A stretch of DNA of 64,000 nt, taken from assembly GCF_009914755.1 (NCBI RefSeq), contig NC_060941.1; one strand, 5' to 3'. The number at the start of each line of letters is the position of its first letter. Positions within the stretch are counted from its first letter, which is position 1. The notes under the pieces are model-generated. The model was given only the letters and a program-made list of their open reading frames with translations. It made no database searches and was not told the origin of the DNA. The stretch comes from the human T2T-CHM13v2.0 reference genome, Homo sapiens. Position numbers and translations under genes: made by a program. This document shows, piece after piece, positions 41,513 through 58,630 of this stretch.

Positions 41513-43917
41513 GATATTAAGTACTTTTAAAAGACAGTTTTTTTTTTCCTTTAAAATGGTTAGGCTGGTATCTTTAGTACCCATTCTTAACTTTTAAGCA
41601 TCTCTGTTGAACCAGGAATCAGAAGTCCTTCCTCAAAGTGTCCTCACAGACTCAGGCCGGCCTGTCATGGCCCATCAGTTTTTCTTTCCAAAACTCTCGC
41701 TCTCTTTGCTTCCTTTTCATCTCACACATCAGAAGAGAATAAGAGAAGTTCCAAGTTGGTAGGAATTTCAGACACTGTCTAGTCTGATATTTTTCAGACG
41801 GTGTGCGGCCGAGAGTTGTGAAATCGATTTAATGGGCCAGGACCAGCTTTTTGGTGAGAACAGACCAGACTTGAACAGAAAATACCAGAGTACATTTTAA
41901 GTAGGAGGATAAATACTGTTTTATGAAACGTTTGTTTCAGCTACAGATGTGTGTGAATGTCTGTGTGCAGATATCGGAGTGGATACCTACAGACAGGTTC
42001 TGAATGCTCACATAAAATGCATCATTGTAAGTCACTGTCAGATAAGTGTAAAGAGACTGATCTGGTCTGAATTCTTCATTTCATATGTGAAGAAATGAAA
42101 CCCCAGGGGAGCTAAGTGACTTGCTCAAGGTCACAGAGCTTGTTAGTGACAATACTGAGATACAACTCATGTCTCCTCACTCCTGTCCCCTAAATCTTCT
42201 GATGGAACGCAGAGCCTCTACCGCATGAGATTTTCTATCAGCAGAAGGAATTCTGCTCTTCTCCCTTCTTCAGCAGGAGCCAGGTATAACTTTCTTTGTA
42301 TACGGCTCTCTCATTTCTTTAGCAATCTGTTGCTATTAGCAATGGCTTGAGCTAATGGACCAGAAAAACCACAAAAATTGCTGCAACAAAATTGCATTTC
42401 TTAAAGAGCTTTTACCCCTGACACAGAGCATTCAGAGCAGAATTTCAATAAGTCTTTTGGAGCAGACATTAAAAACGGTTTTTGGCATATGGAGCTATAT
42501 TATTCATGGCAGTCAAATACATCCTTGGAGCCACTTTCTTCTCAAGGAATCGCCATAAAACCACTAGGCTGCTGCGATGACCGCTTGAGGCCACCAACAC
42601 TGACCGACAGGCTGGAAGCAGCCGAGAGCCTCTCGTAGCAAAGTCTGTTTTGCATGACGGGTCTTCATGAGCTTCCTGTCAACTGAATGGTGAGGTCCAC
42701 CCTGTGTCCTGAACACTAACTTAAAATGTTCTGAGCATGTGGTTGTCCAGGGCCAGTCTGCAGTAGCCCATTGGCAACCCCTGGAAAGGCACAGGCTCAA
42801 GAAGAGGCTGTGTTTTCAATGCCATTGGTCTGCCAAAGCAGGGGAGCTGCTGGAAGAAAAGCTCTGGGGACCAAGTCTCCCATTCGCTCAGTCCTTTCCT
42901 TTGCTTCCTCTGTGACTGAACCCACCTGGCTGTGTGACCATGGGCTGTGATCTCACCCCACCTCTTCTCACTGTGAAATGTGTATGCTATCTCGCGTGGT
43001 GGTTGACGGCAATGAGTTATATCCTGCACACAGCCATCCACACCACTTATGTCACCACTACCACGTCGGAGAGAGTTTTGCCACCTGTTGAGCACTCTAA
43101 ACAATCAAGAATCAGGGGTCCTGCTGATGGGGAGTAAATGCCACCAAGATTCCCGGGGACCCAGCAGGTGACCTTTCCAAAGCTCGCAACTCTGGCTCCC
43201 AGCCCCACCCCATCACAATGGCAGCCCGCCCAGGATCTTCCCAGTCAATGGAAGTTTCTACCACAGCAGAGAATGGAGCTGCTGGGGGCCCCGACAGGGG
43301 AAGGGAGGCCTTGAGGGGAAAGCTACTCATGATCTGCAGCTGAAAAATAACTTGCTGTTTTGGATGCAATGCAGGAAAAAGATCCATTCACGGAGTTCCC
43401 TTCTCTGCCAGGACTTGAGTAGCAATTTTCTACTGAAGCGCTTGGTGTAATGAGGTTAGTTAGCATGCCTTCACTGGCTGGGAATTCTCACTCACATCTG
43501 GGTGTCAACTCAATCTTGGGGCACACTAAGCCATGGGGAGCTGTAGCAGCTCTGTTCCCTCTTCCAACCCAGCTCTTTAGAAAGTCCTTTCACGTGTCTC
43601 AGTCATCTGAGTCATTCATTCTGCCTTCTGTGTGCCGAGTACCACCACGGGGTACATCGTATGGGATCCCAAAGCAGGGACTTGCAATTGCAGTAGGAAC
43701 GACACTAGGAAAGAGACAGGACCAGTGAGTGCTGAACGTGGAAGTCCCAGGAAGGAGCGACCATCTCTGAGGGATGCTACCTTCAAATGATCAAGCACGT
43801 GTTTAAAGAAGGGAGACTCAGCGTTTAGGCACTTTACCCTGCTGTGTCTGACTAGTGATGGTGGGAGGACAGAGGGAAGAGCGAGGAGGCCAGGGTCACT
43901 GGGATGGTGCACTCTGA

Positions 43918-44228
<311 letters not shown>

Positions 44229-44627
44229 CCCTTTCTTTAAAAGGCAAGCCTGTTAATGGGTAGCCCCACCAATCATGTACACTTTAGAGTGGATTACTTC
44301 ACTGAGAGATTTAGTTTATTTTTCATCTAAAAATTAGCTGAGAGTCGGAGAGAAAACCTGGAGGTATGTGCCAGGGAGTGGGGAAGGGAGAGTCACTTGG
44401 AAACATGGAGAAATCTTGAGAGAAAGCAGACCTGAAAAGACTGGGGGTGGGGTGGAGATAGTCAGAGGGCTCTGTTCATTCATGACTCAATAAGAAAATA
44501 TTTATTAAGCATCTACTACATGCAAGACACCATCCTGAGCCCTGAGGATGGGAATAGGACAGAAACACCCTGCCCTCGAGTCCTGGCACTAGTATCTTCA
44601 GAATTAAATGAAAGAGGGATGCTTTAT

Positions 44628-44960
<333 letters not shown>

Positions 44961-45139
44961 GAAGGACCCTTTACTTGTTCTGAAATTTTGCAACAACCAC
45001 AAATTTAAAAAAAATTCTCCCTTTGGCATAACCTAATGTTCCCTGACACTAGGAAGAGACAGGACATCCTACTCCATCCCTTTGAAAGCCAGGCAAAAAG
45101 AAAGCAGGGCTTCGTCACTCAGGGGCTGCCCTGAGAAAC

Positions 45140-45863
<724 letters not shown>

Positions 45864-45902
45864 GTGTAAGACCAACTGAGGGTGGCTGCAGGGAGGGGTT
45901 AC

Positions 45903-45981
45903 CTTGGCAGAGAACTTGAGGTGAACTTCTGCTTCGTCCGCCAGGCTCTTCTTCACCTGGGCCCACGCCTCTCCCAAGGAG
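45903..45981 (-). CDS. GAS7: GAS7 coding exon (~exon 9) SLGEAWAQVKKSLADEAEVHLKFSAK
   Basis: ttgcag|C ... AAG|gtaacc. 79 nt, phase 2/0. Confidence 0.95.
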
Positions 45982-46470
45982 CTGCAACACAAAGACCATG
46001 AGACTCAGGTCACAAGCCAAAGCCCTTCCTGAGGCAGGATGGTGGGGCTCCACCCCAGGTCTCGGGGAGGTATATGACAGCTGAGAATGTGGACGCGGAT
46101 GAGGCAGAAGTCAGGCAGAAACCAGACATGAGCATCACGTTTCAACTCACAGAGTCAGATGAGCCACCAAGGTCCAAGTGAGCTCACCTTACCTCTGGAG
46201 CTAAGGAAACAGACTGTGGCGCACAGCCAAGAGGTGGGGGGGGTGGGGATTCCTAGAAATCCAGAGGCTCGAAAGGACCCAGGAAGGTGCCGGAAGCAGG
46301 TGTGGGGACATTCCAAAGCCTCAGCTGCAGTGAGGGCCTTGACCCCTGGGCCGTCACTGTCCCCAGAGCTTTCACATCACCCCTCCCTGGTTTGCTGATG
46401 AGGGGTGCAAGCATCTGCTAATAAATCAAGGAAGGAAAACAGGTTCTATTCCAGGGAGAAGCTCTTTTCA

Positions 46471-46892
<422 letters not shown>

Positions 46893-49639
46893 TAGATGCA
46901 GCCACAGGGCAGAGAAGGCTCCCACGGCCATCCTAGGAAGCACGGTCTCCTCTAGCACTGCTTCTCTAGCTGTGAGCCCTGATGCTGCCCACAGCTTACT
47001 AGAGAAGGGCCAAGTCCTCTTAGCAGCATCACTTCTCCACTCCAAGGAGAGGCTTCACGTAGAAGAAATCTCCTGAAGTCCCTAAGACTTGCCAATGCAG
47101 GCCCCAGGCTACATTCTCTATGATTTGGAGCTCTTTAACCGCATGACCCTTCCAAGTGATACCCCCGCTTTCTTGCTCCCAGCCTCTTCAACACAGCCAG
47201 TAAATCCAGGCTGAATGTTCTGTTGACTTAATATCATCCAAAAGCCACTTCCCCCAGAGAATTCATTAAAGTCGAGTGGCAAAAGCTGAATAAAAGACAG
47301 CATGTGGTGAGGCTTCTGGGTCTGGAGCAGAGCAGCCAGCAGCGAAGAATTGCCCAACAGTGCACAGCAGATCCCTCTGATGGCTGGCCAGCCCTGTGTG
47401 GTGGTGGCGCAGGCTCAGGCCGAGGTGGGTGTTTATGGGAAATGACTGCCTGATTTTATCTAGGAGTCTAGCAGCAAAGAAAGGTCCCCTCAGTGATCCT
47501 GGCAGGGGAAGCCACCAGAGAAGCACTGGAGTATGAAACGGGGCAATCCAAGCTGTTGACAATTGTCTCTGCCTGAAGGGCCTGAGATCCAGGAAGCTGT
47601 ACTGGGGCACTCCACCCCCTCTGGGTGGCTTGGGTGCCCCACCTGATTCAACAGGTGGGTAGGAGGTCCAGGGGTGGCAGGAGTAGTCCTGGCAGTTACA
47701 CAGATCAGCGGAACAGAACACAAAGTCACCCAGCTAGGGCCGATTGACTGCAGCAAAGAGGTTAGGGTGTTTCCATGGGGGAAACAGATGATCTTTTTAA
47801 CAAATGGTGCAGAGACAACCGTACATCCACAGGAGGAAAAGGAATCTCGGCCCTACCTCACACCATACACACAAATTATCTCAAGATGCCTCCTAGCTCT
47901 AGGGTGAAAGCCAACACTATTTGAAGCATACCAAGGTTGTCCTGGGAGGAATGGGAACTGGATTAAAGGGAAGTGAGAGGGGTTTGCCCCTGCAGCTGAG
48001 CCACACACAGCAGCCTGTGGGAGGTATGAACAAGAGTCACAGAGCCAAAAAGGCCCCAGGCGGTGCCCAGACTTTGTATGAGCACATGCATCTTTCCACA
48101 GAGCTGTCAGTCTACTGTCAGCAGAGCACATGGCAGGTAAATGGCCCAGGGACAGTCGTGGTGGCCTGAGAATGTCATCTCTGGGCAACTGGGATGAAAG
48201 GAAGAACCATGGTTTTCCCCCACCCAACACAACGTCCTCAGCTCTACCTCCAGGCCAGACACTGCTAAGTGGGAAGACATGTCTCCAGACATTCAGAGGG
48301 GCCCCTCTGAGCCAGTGCATCCTTGGTGAATGCCTCCCTGCTCTCCAATATTCCAGGCTCTTTGGAGTCACATCACCATTTATTAAAAAGCTACTTACAA
48401 ATTCTCTCATTTGAAAAGAGATTTTTCATCTGATAAACGGTTAATGAAAAACAAAACAAAACCTGAGGTGCATCTCTGTTCCAACATACAGTTTCAGGTA
48501 CGCCAAATCAAAATGCATGTTGTTTTCATGACTGCCAACTAGGAAAACCAAAATCGCATTTCCTTTCCACATAGGAGAGAAAAACTAAAGGCAGAATAAA
48601 CAACCGAATTCTGTTTATTTACCAATGTGCACATGTCCTGTGAAATCTAATTTGGACACAGAAGTTGAATTGCAAAAGCCTCTCCAGCCTCCCTGAGCAG
48701 CATCTTCCTCAACTGCTCCAAATTTCTAGACTCCTGCTTTGCTTTGAAAGTCTTCAAGGAGATAGGGTTAAATGTCCAAAGCTGTGTGTAAATGTAAATC
48801 AGTGTCTTTGCACGTTGTACGTAGGGGGCTCATGTGTTCATGTTCCAGTGCCTGCTGCAGGAGTGTGTGCATGGGGCTGCTGTGCGTGCATGCACACACA
48901 GAGTAATGTGTACACCTACGAGGCAGTGGCCCTGATGCATGTATGTGAGCTTGCGTTGTGTTTGTCTCTGTGTTTGTCCGGGCATGTGTGTACAGTATGG
49001 TAGTGTGGGCCTGACTTATGGAGCTGGACTGCTCGGGTGAGGAGCATATGCTGTGCATGTTGGCCAGGACACAGTGTCCTTGGCAGCAGCCCAGGCTGGA
49101 GAGATGGAAGCCGGAAGACTCCGGAGTGGCACAGTGGTTGCAGGGCACGGGGATACTTAGGAAAGCCCCTTGCCAGGCAGCAAGAGCTGCTCCTCTATGT
49201 GCCCCCTTCCTGCCCCTATCTCAGGCCCCGTGCATGGAGCAGAAGGAGGCCAGGAATGAACTAACCTCATTTACATCTGTGGAAGGGACGCTGGTCTTGC
49301 TGGGCCGCCCTGCGGTCTGTGGCTGGCAGGGAGGGTGAGAACCATTCAAAGGAGGCCGCCTGGCTGCACAGCCAACCCATGTGGAGGGCTTAATCAAAGC
49401 CACATTTGGGTTGGCAAAATCTCAGTCTCCTGAAGGATTTCAAGCCACGAAGGCAGATTTGGACTGGTTTAACATCATGGCTCGCTGACGACCACAACCA
49501 TCCCACAACAGAACGTCTTCCTTCCTCGGGGGTTCACTCCCCCTTGGAGAAGGAATTCAAACAGACCAGCACCAGAGGGAGGTCAGAACGGAGAGGACCT
49601 CTGGGGACCTTTTCAACTCTAACCTCCTGAGAGTCTTTC

Positions 49640-51010
49640 TGTTTTTTTTTACAGAGGTGAAATTCATATAACATAAAATTAACCGTTGAAAAGTGATCGA
49701 TCCAGGCGCATTTAGGACGAGACCAAATCAAACGCCTGTTTTGTGAGTGCAACTACCACCTCTATCTAGTTCCAAAACATTTTCGTCATGCTAGTATGGA
49801 CTAAAGGTTTATGTCCTGCCAAAATTCTTAGGTTAAAACCCTAACCCACAATGTGGCTGCATTTGGCAATGGGGCCTTTAAGGAAGTAATTAAGGTTAAA
49901 TGAGGTCATAAGGGTGCAGCCCTGATCTGATAGGATTAGTGTCCTTATAAAAATAGACATTGGCCAGGCGCGATGGATCACGCCTACAATTCCAGCACTT
50001 TGGGAGGCCAAGGAGGGTGGACTGCTTGAGTTCAGGGGTTCTAGACCAGCCTGACCAACATGGTGAAACCCCGTCTCTACTAAAAATACAAAAAATTAGC
50101 CAGGTATGGTGGCACATGCCTGTAGTCCCAGCTACTTGGGAGGTGGAGGTTGCAGTGAGCTGAGATCAGGCCACTCCAGTCTGGGCGACAGAGCGAGACT
50201 CTGTCTCAAAAAAAAAAAAAAAAAAAAAAATAGACATCACAGAGCTCCCTCTCTCTCTCTCTCTGAGCACACACCAAGGAAAGGCTGCATGAACACACAA
50301 TCAGAAGGCGGCCATCTGCAACCCAATGGGAGAGTCCTTACCAGGCACCAACCCTGCTGGCACCTTGATCTTGGACTTCCCAGCCTCCAGAGCCACGAGA
50401 AAATAAATGTCTGTAGTTTCAGCCACCCAGTCTGGGACATCTTGTGGCAGCCCAAGCAGATGAATACACACCCCAAAAGGAAACCCGGTAACTTTTAAGC
50501 AGTCACAACCCATTCCCCTCCTCCCCCAGCCCCTGGCAAATGACAATCCACTTTCTGTTTCCATGGGTTTGCCTGTTCTGGGCATTTTACATAAATGGAA
50601 TCATACACTATGAGACCTTTTGTGCCTGGCTTCTGTAACTTAGCAGAATGTTTTCGAGGCTCATCCACACAGTAGCATGTATTAGTGTTCCATTCCTTTT
50701 CATGGCTGAGTAATATTCCATTGTCTATCCATGGGTATCCATTGTGCATACACCACCATTTGTTTATCCAGTCATCCCTGGGTGGAATGTGGGTTGTTTC
50801 CACCTTTTGGCTATTATGAATATTGCTGCTGTGTACATGTGTATACATGTATTAGTTTGAGTGCCTGTACTCAGTTTTTTTGGGTATAAGCCTAGGAATG
50901 GAATTGCTGGGTCACATGGTAATTCTATGTTTAGCTTTTTGAGGAACAACCAGATTGTTTTCCACAGCGGCTGTACCATATTCCATTTCCCCCAGGGGTG
51001 CATAAGGGCT
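49640..51010 (-). mobile_element. L1M 3' fragment containing an MLT1A/B LTR (~49790-50468), which contains an Alu (49962-50230, +)
   Basis: L1 text resumes after the LTR end (...gcagcccaagcagatgaataca). MLT1 motif aaggttaaatgaggtcataaggg. Confidence 0.75.
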
Positions 51011-51290
51011 GAGACTTTTTTACCCACTAGGAGTCCTTCTGTGGCTGGGAGGGTTGGGTTAAGCTTCTCCCAGCCCAGGTCCCACTCAAGGAGGTCTGGA
51101 CAGTCACAGCATTAGCGGGAAGGGAGCCTATGCCTCAAGCCCACAGGAGAGAGCTCCAGACAAAGCGGCCAGGTACAATACCCTCTCATACGCAGCTTCC
51201 TCCCAGCCTGCCCCTAGACAAAGGGAGGCTGGAGTGGGCATCTAGAGGCTGCTGCCCAGCTACCAGGGGTCAGACCAGAGGGGATTCTGA

Positions 51291-51642
<352 letters not shown>

Positions 51643-51862
51643 TGGAAGTGCCCTTTTGAGTGTGGATGCCCACACCTTGAGTCATGGGTGCCCACCCAAG
51701 TCATGAGCACCTACCTGAGCCATGAGTGCCCACCTTGAGCCAGGCCTATGGAGAGCTCCCCATCCAAAGTGGGGCCATGCCAGTGATCAGTGATAGTGGC
51801 TGATTTCCCTTCCTCAGTGACCCCCCATCCTCCCCACTCCCACCTCTCTCCTACCCACTCAC

Positions 51863-51937
51863 CCTTCCTCCTGTGAAGCCAAGGAGTTCTGAGAGAGCTT
51901 AGCTAAGTTCTTCGCATAGTCTTCTTCAATCTTTATC
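51863..51937 (-). CDS. GAS7: GAS7 coding exon (~exon 8) IKIEEDYAKNLAKLSQNSLASQEE(G)
   Basis: ttgcag|G ... AAGG|gtgagt. 75 nt, phase 2/2. Contains the FCH motif R..IE..YAK.L.KL. Confidence 0.95.
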
Positions 51938-53575
51938 CTGCAAAGAGAGAAAACCCAACACACATCAGCTCTCCAGTGCCAGATCGTGGGTCTGCCCTGC
52001 TGCCCTGCACACCTCAGCCGTGGAAAGGAACCCACTAGACCATAAGCTCTGAGACCACATGGCTCTTGTCTGTCTACCTGACATGCAGTAGGTGCTTAAT
52101 AAATACTTGTTGGATAAATGAATGAACAAAACTGTCTGGACCTCCATCTCCTCATCTGCAAAGTAGGACATTTTCTCCGGTCTCCTAGAGCTGTGAAGAC
52201 GAGAGCTGTCGTTTACACAGTTCCTAGCACAGAACGGGAAACATAAGACCCCTGAACCAATAAATGAATGAAGGAAGAAATGAACGTTTGCAACTCGTGA
52301 TGGACTACCAGCAATCCCCAGTGCTGTCCCCTCTCCCTTCCAGCCCCAGAACTCCCAGGTGGCCTCGGACCCTCAGCAGCAGAACAGAACATCTCCCTAC
52401 TGTCTCACACCCCCAATGCCTCTGATTGTCAAGCCTGCTGGGTACAAGTACTTCCACGGAAACCTAGCAGTGCCCAGGGCTGCAGGTAGATTCTATTTCC
52501 CTGGAGAGGAAAGTTGCCTTGGATGTAGCTTCCGGCAGGCAGGCCTTTGACACATTTGCAAGGCAACTCCCCAGGGAGTGTCCTGTATTATCTGGCACGT
52601 CCATGTTAAGCATGTTGTCAGAGGTATTGTTCACCACCTAAGTGGTCCTCTGGGCCACAGTGGGAGACAGAAGAGCTATGCTTATGCCAACCAGAGCTGG
52701 CCAGAGCCCAGGCTTCGGAGAGCCCCTGGTCCACCACACGGTGAACAGAGAAGCTCCAGAGATGCTGGGACCACAGCGTTTGCTTCCCAGCTGCTCAAGC
52801 AGCTGGCACCCAAAGGGTGCGATGATGGAGAGAGGGCGGCTGACAAAGTCTGGCGGCAGCATTCCGAGTAATAATAATTGCATGACTTGGCATCAGGAGA
52901 CTCACAATCTCGTTCCTTCTTGCACTGCTTTCCCCTCACCTCCACCTTCAACTGGTCTCTAGGTCCTCCTGAGTCTCATTCCAACTGATCTGCCTCTGTC
53001 ACTTCCTCTCCATCCCCCTACCTTCACCTCCAGACTGTGGTCAAGAGAGATATCTAGAAAGTAGATCTATCCATGCCACGCTCCCGGCTCCTCAATGCCG
53101 ACAGCATGCACCAGACACACGAGGTGCATACGCTGTCTGCCTCCTGTGTCTCACCTCCAGGACGACAGCGTGCGTCACCTCTACCTCTGCCCCACTTCTC
53201 TAAACCAAGATCCCAGCAAACCAGCCAGCACCTGTCCTCAAGCCAGGCGAGCTCCCAATTCTGAGCCTCAGCTCTCACCTCTCCTGGCACTAAAGGGCCT
53301 TCCCTATGAGATCCCAAGGTGGATGGTGTATGCGTTTTCTCTAGGAAGCCCGGAATGTCCTGAAATGGCAGTTTCCAATTATTTGCTAACAAGACGTTGT
53401 CATGGAAATATAAACCATAAGCGTGTTCAAGCTTTGGCTTTTACAGCAATTTTCCTATTTGCCTATTTTATACCATTGTTTTCTCAAACCCGAGCTGTGC
53501 AACCTCTCCGTTTCCCACCAGTTTAATGGGTCATAAAATAAGGATTTGATTACACAAATTGAAAATAGGCCCTCT

Positions 53576-53617
53576 GTCTATGCCCATACCACCCTGAACA
53601 CATCCGATCTCATATGA
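53576..53617 (+). pseudogene. Tailless 5S rRNA retropseudogene (5S nt 1-42)
   Basis: gtctatgcccataccaccctgaacacatccgatctcatatga versus 5S GTCTACGGCCATACCACCCTGAACGCGCCCGATCTCGTCTGA, 35/42 identical. Flanked by direct repeat tgaaaataggccctct at 53560-53575 and 53615-53630. Confidence 0.88.
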
Positions 53618-53707
53618 AAATAGGCCCTCTAAGGGAAAGGGGTGCTTCAAAACGCCGAAGCATTATTACTTGATTATTGCTGTTATAATTAAAAAGGAAA
53701 TATTTTT

Positions 53708-54235
<528 letters not shown>

Positions 54236-54857
54236 TTATTGTTTCTTCATCTGTGTTCCCAAGCTCTTTAGACAAAACACTGTTATAATCCTTGAGGCAG
54301 GGATGGGGTAGGAGGAGGGTTCAACATCTCCTGCCCTGGGACACAGGTTTTGGCTAACGATGAATTGAACTGTAACATCCCCCCCACTGGTTACGGTAAA
54401 GGGCTGTGCTTCAAATGATGGCCAGGTACATAAGTAAAGGAGTGAAGGAGTCTGCGGGGGAAGACAGTACGGAATGGTGGAGACTGGCAAAATGGGAACA
54501 CACACCCCCTCTACAAGAGTAGCTGCTACTCAGCTCCAGCCAAGTGTCGCGTGAGGGATGTGGAGGCAATCCTGCCAATGCTTCTGCTCTTTCAAGGTGT
54601 GCTAAATATCCAGATTTTAATATGAAATCTACCCATTTTTTTAAGTGTTGCTTTCAATATTTAAAAACACTATATCGGCCAAAGGTACACAACTGCTGAC
54701 CAGATCCATCCCAGGCGCCATGAGTTTGCCGCCTGGCGCTAACCAGCCCAATGCTGAGTGTGCAGTACTGAGTCCTGTGCTGTCGCCCCGCCCCGGCCAC
54801 GGGGCCCCGGGGAACACTGGTGCCAGGCCCCAGGGCTGGGAGGGGCCCAGGCTTCAC

Positions 54858-54973
54858 CTTTCCCGGATGAATTCTGACATTTCCTTCTGCATTTGTTTGC
54901 CCTTCAGCTGTTTCTGGAGCAGTAGTTCAAACCCAGCCACGGTGCCGTTGCCTTGGGGGTCCTTCTTATCAGC
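54858..54973 (-). CDS. GAS7: GAS7 coding exon (~exon 7) ADKKDPQGNGTVAGFELLLQKQLKGKQMQKEMSEFIRE(R)
   Basis: ttgtag|GCT ... AAAG|gtgaag. 116 nt, phase 0/2. Confidence 0.95.
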
Positions 54974-57262
54974 CTACAAAGGAAGCAGAAGCACAAGAGT
55001 TTAGGGCACGTCTGAGTCTGGAGCCAGGGAGAATGGCGTAGAGGGAGGACGGCTCCTAGATGTGCCTGGCAATCCCAGTCCAGCACAAGACGCGGGAGCA
55101 GCTGTCTCTGCTGCCCTAACTCGGATCTCTCTCCTGGTGCCCCCACTCCCAACAGCGCTTTCTGATGCTCAGGCTCTTACAGTTGCTGCATCCCCACATC
55201 CAAGCCCCTTAACTCTCCCAACCTGGGAACTGAGAGGAAGAAGGGCAAGTGTCCAAGAGCACCGGCTGTGATGCCTAACGGCCTACGACTTCCAACCAGG
55301 TGGCTGCAGATCTGGCTTGGCCCTCGGCGAATCTTGGCATCCTGACTCCAAGCTGGACTATGTGTGAGCTCAGGAGCAGGTACCCCCAGCCTTAAGCCAT
55401 CCTGTCTTCTACCAACTTCTTACACTGGTAGGGCAGTGACACCCTCTAACCACACATTCATACAAGATCACAGGAGAGAAAAGTAAATCATAGAGAGAAA
55501 GTGGGTTGAAGGGAGGCCGGAGGAGAGAACAGGACAGGCTGCCCTGAAATACTAGCTGGGTGACCTTGGCCAAGTTCTTCACTCACTCCAGGCCTAAGCT
55601 TTTTCATCTGCAAAACTGACGAAATAACAGCCCCACCTTCATGTGGTCATTTCAGGGTAAATGACCTATGTATATATCTGAGCACATTGCTGAGCACATA
55701 CTATGTACCCAATAAATGGCATCTGTTATTAGTTACTTTTAAATAAAAGTCCAAACTTGGGGAGGATGGGCAAGTCAATGAAATAAGTACTTAGCAGCCA
55801 ATTAATTTTGCAAACAAATATTCTTAAAATTTCAAAATTAAATGATTTATTTTATTTTACCTGCATTTCTTCAAGCATACCAAATGCCCCTTCCCTGCCA
55901 TTCCCCTGCCTGAGATTCACCCACACATCTGCCCGCACGGCCGTGGCTGCTGGAGCACCAGCTCCCAGGGCCATCCCAGGCATGTCTAAAAGTGTCCTCC
56001 TCCTTACAGCTTTTCCCTATCAGGAACCCAGGGTCAAACACTTTGATACTTAATGGAAGGTGTTCAGAACAGGTTTTTGATATCCCAGAGAGAGAGGTGC
56101 ATTGGTGAGAACAGTGTCCCAGCATCTGGTAGGACCCAGGTTCTTGTCTCTGCTCAGCTGCAGGGTGTCCAATCCTAGGTAGTATCTCCCCGGACCACCC
56201 CCTTGAAATAGGGGTGGGTTGCATCTCTCAGATCCCATCCAGATCAGACATTTTAGGAGAGGGGAAAGAAAAGGGGTTGCTGATGCCTGCAGGGAACCCC
56301 ATTTACCATCATCAAGTAGATGAAGGATTTTATGGACACCTTCCCAGTTCCCCCGGTGTGGGACCCCTCCCTCGGGTGCCATAACTCAAAGGCCTCCGGC
56401 CACGCTGCTAACATCCCTGATGACAGGGAGATCACCATCCTACGGGGTCACAGTCGGGCTGTTCTTGCAGTTTAAAAGCAATGTCCACTGAAGATCTCTG
56501 TGCTTCACTCTACGAATGCTACATCTTGATGAAAAAGCAGAAGGAAAATTATCCAAATACTGAGCTCAAATCTGCCTCCCTTCTAGGATGGATATGCTGA
56601 GCTATGCACTCTGGGGAAAACCAGCCAGAAGAAACAGGCTTTAATGACTGTGTCAGGAGAGAGAAATTTCTATTAATGGAAAAGGCCTTGATGGTCAGGG
56701 GGATAAGTGGATTGCAGATTAAGTATCAGAGTCCCCAGAGAGCTCGAATTAAGATAAGAACTCACAAGTGTCGCCCTCCGGATGCTGCTGGATGCAGGCG
56801 GCATCAGACATTCCTACCAGCTTTCCAAGGCTTGAGACCCCACACGCTGACCTCCAGCAACTAGGATACCCATTTCCAGGGCTCAAACCACTCTCTCCTT
56901 GAACCCTCCATTTACTGCACCCCTCTTGAGAGATGATGTTTCCAAACCCAGGTACATCTCTCCCTCTCTGCCGCCACCACCATCTTTCCTGGTCTCTTCC
57001 ACTCACCCGTCAACTTCCCACCCCCACCTGCACAATGCCTATGAATCAGATCACATCATATTGCTGCTTAAGACCTTCTAACACCCTCCTTCCACAAGCA
57101 GAATAAAACTCACTTACTGGGGCCTAGAAAGTCTTACGCACTCTGATGCTTGCTTACCCCGATGCTTGCTTACCCCGCCCTCTGAGCTCACCTGCCCAGG
57201 TCTGTCTGATGCCAAAGATAAGCCCCTTTATACTGTTTCCTCAACCAATGCACAGATCTCTA

Positions 57263-57764
<502 letters not shown>

Positions 57765-58630
57765 TTATTTATTGTTCCTTGGAGTCTTTGGACACTTGTT
57801 TTTTTGAAATGTACAATTTAGTGGTTTTCAATACATTCACAGGGTTTGTGACCATCCCCACTATCTGATTCCAGAAAGGGGTGATCTAATTCTGAAAGTC
57901 ACTATGACTTTAACATGCAAATGGCCCAGGACCATTCCCAGGATATTCTGAGGTACAGGACTCTGCATTTCTACAAATTTATTTATTTGAATGGTGAAAA
58001 AAATACATCTAGCACACAACGGACCATTTTAGCCATTTTTAAGAATGCAGTTCAGTGGCATGAAGTACATTCACATGGTTGTGCGACCATCACCACCATC
58101 CACCTGCAAAATTGTCTTTAATCTTGCAAAACTAAAACTCTGTGTTCGCTAAGTGATCTGCAAACGTTTTAAAACTACAGGATTACCCAAGCTGGAGCTC
58201 TCTGAAGATCCTGTGCCCAACTGCCTCACAATTCTGATGAGAACACTGAGGCCCAAGGAGGTGAAGCACTTGTCCAACGTCACTCACGTAAGTGACAAGC
58301 AGGTATGGAGCCCACGTTCATTTATTGAGGCAGATTCTAGTCTCCTGCCTTCACTGAGCATCGGAGAAAATGGCCCCCCGCTTACCTACATTCTGGTTGA
58401 AGTGTCTGTAATGTGAACAAAAGTCCTGCTGAACCCCTGAGATTCATGGAATGAGCTGGACCCCAAGAGGGTCCTAAGTTCCTGTCACAGATGCAAACTC
58501 TAACACCAGCCCTTCACGCTCCAACGAGAAAGGCCCCTCCACTTTGAGATCCAGGTCCCTCCTACCCATCCTGGGTGTCCACTCCCGGTCACCGGGGTCA
58601 CGCTGTGGGGGAAACTGAGGCGCTGCTTAC

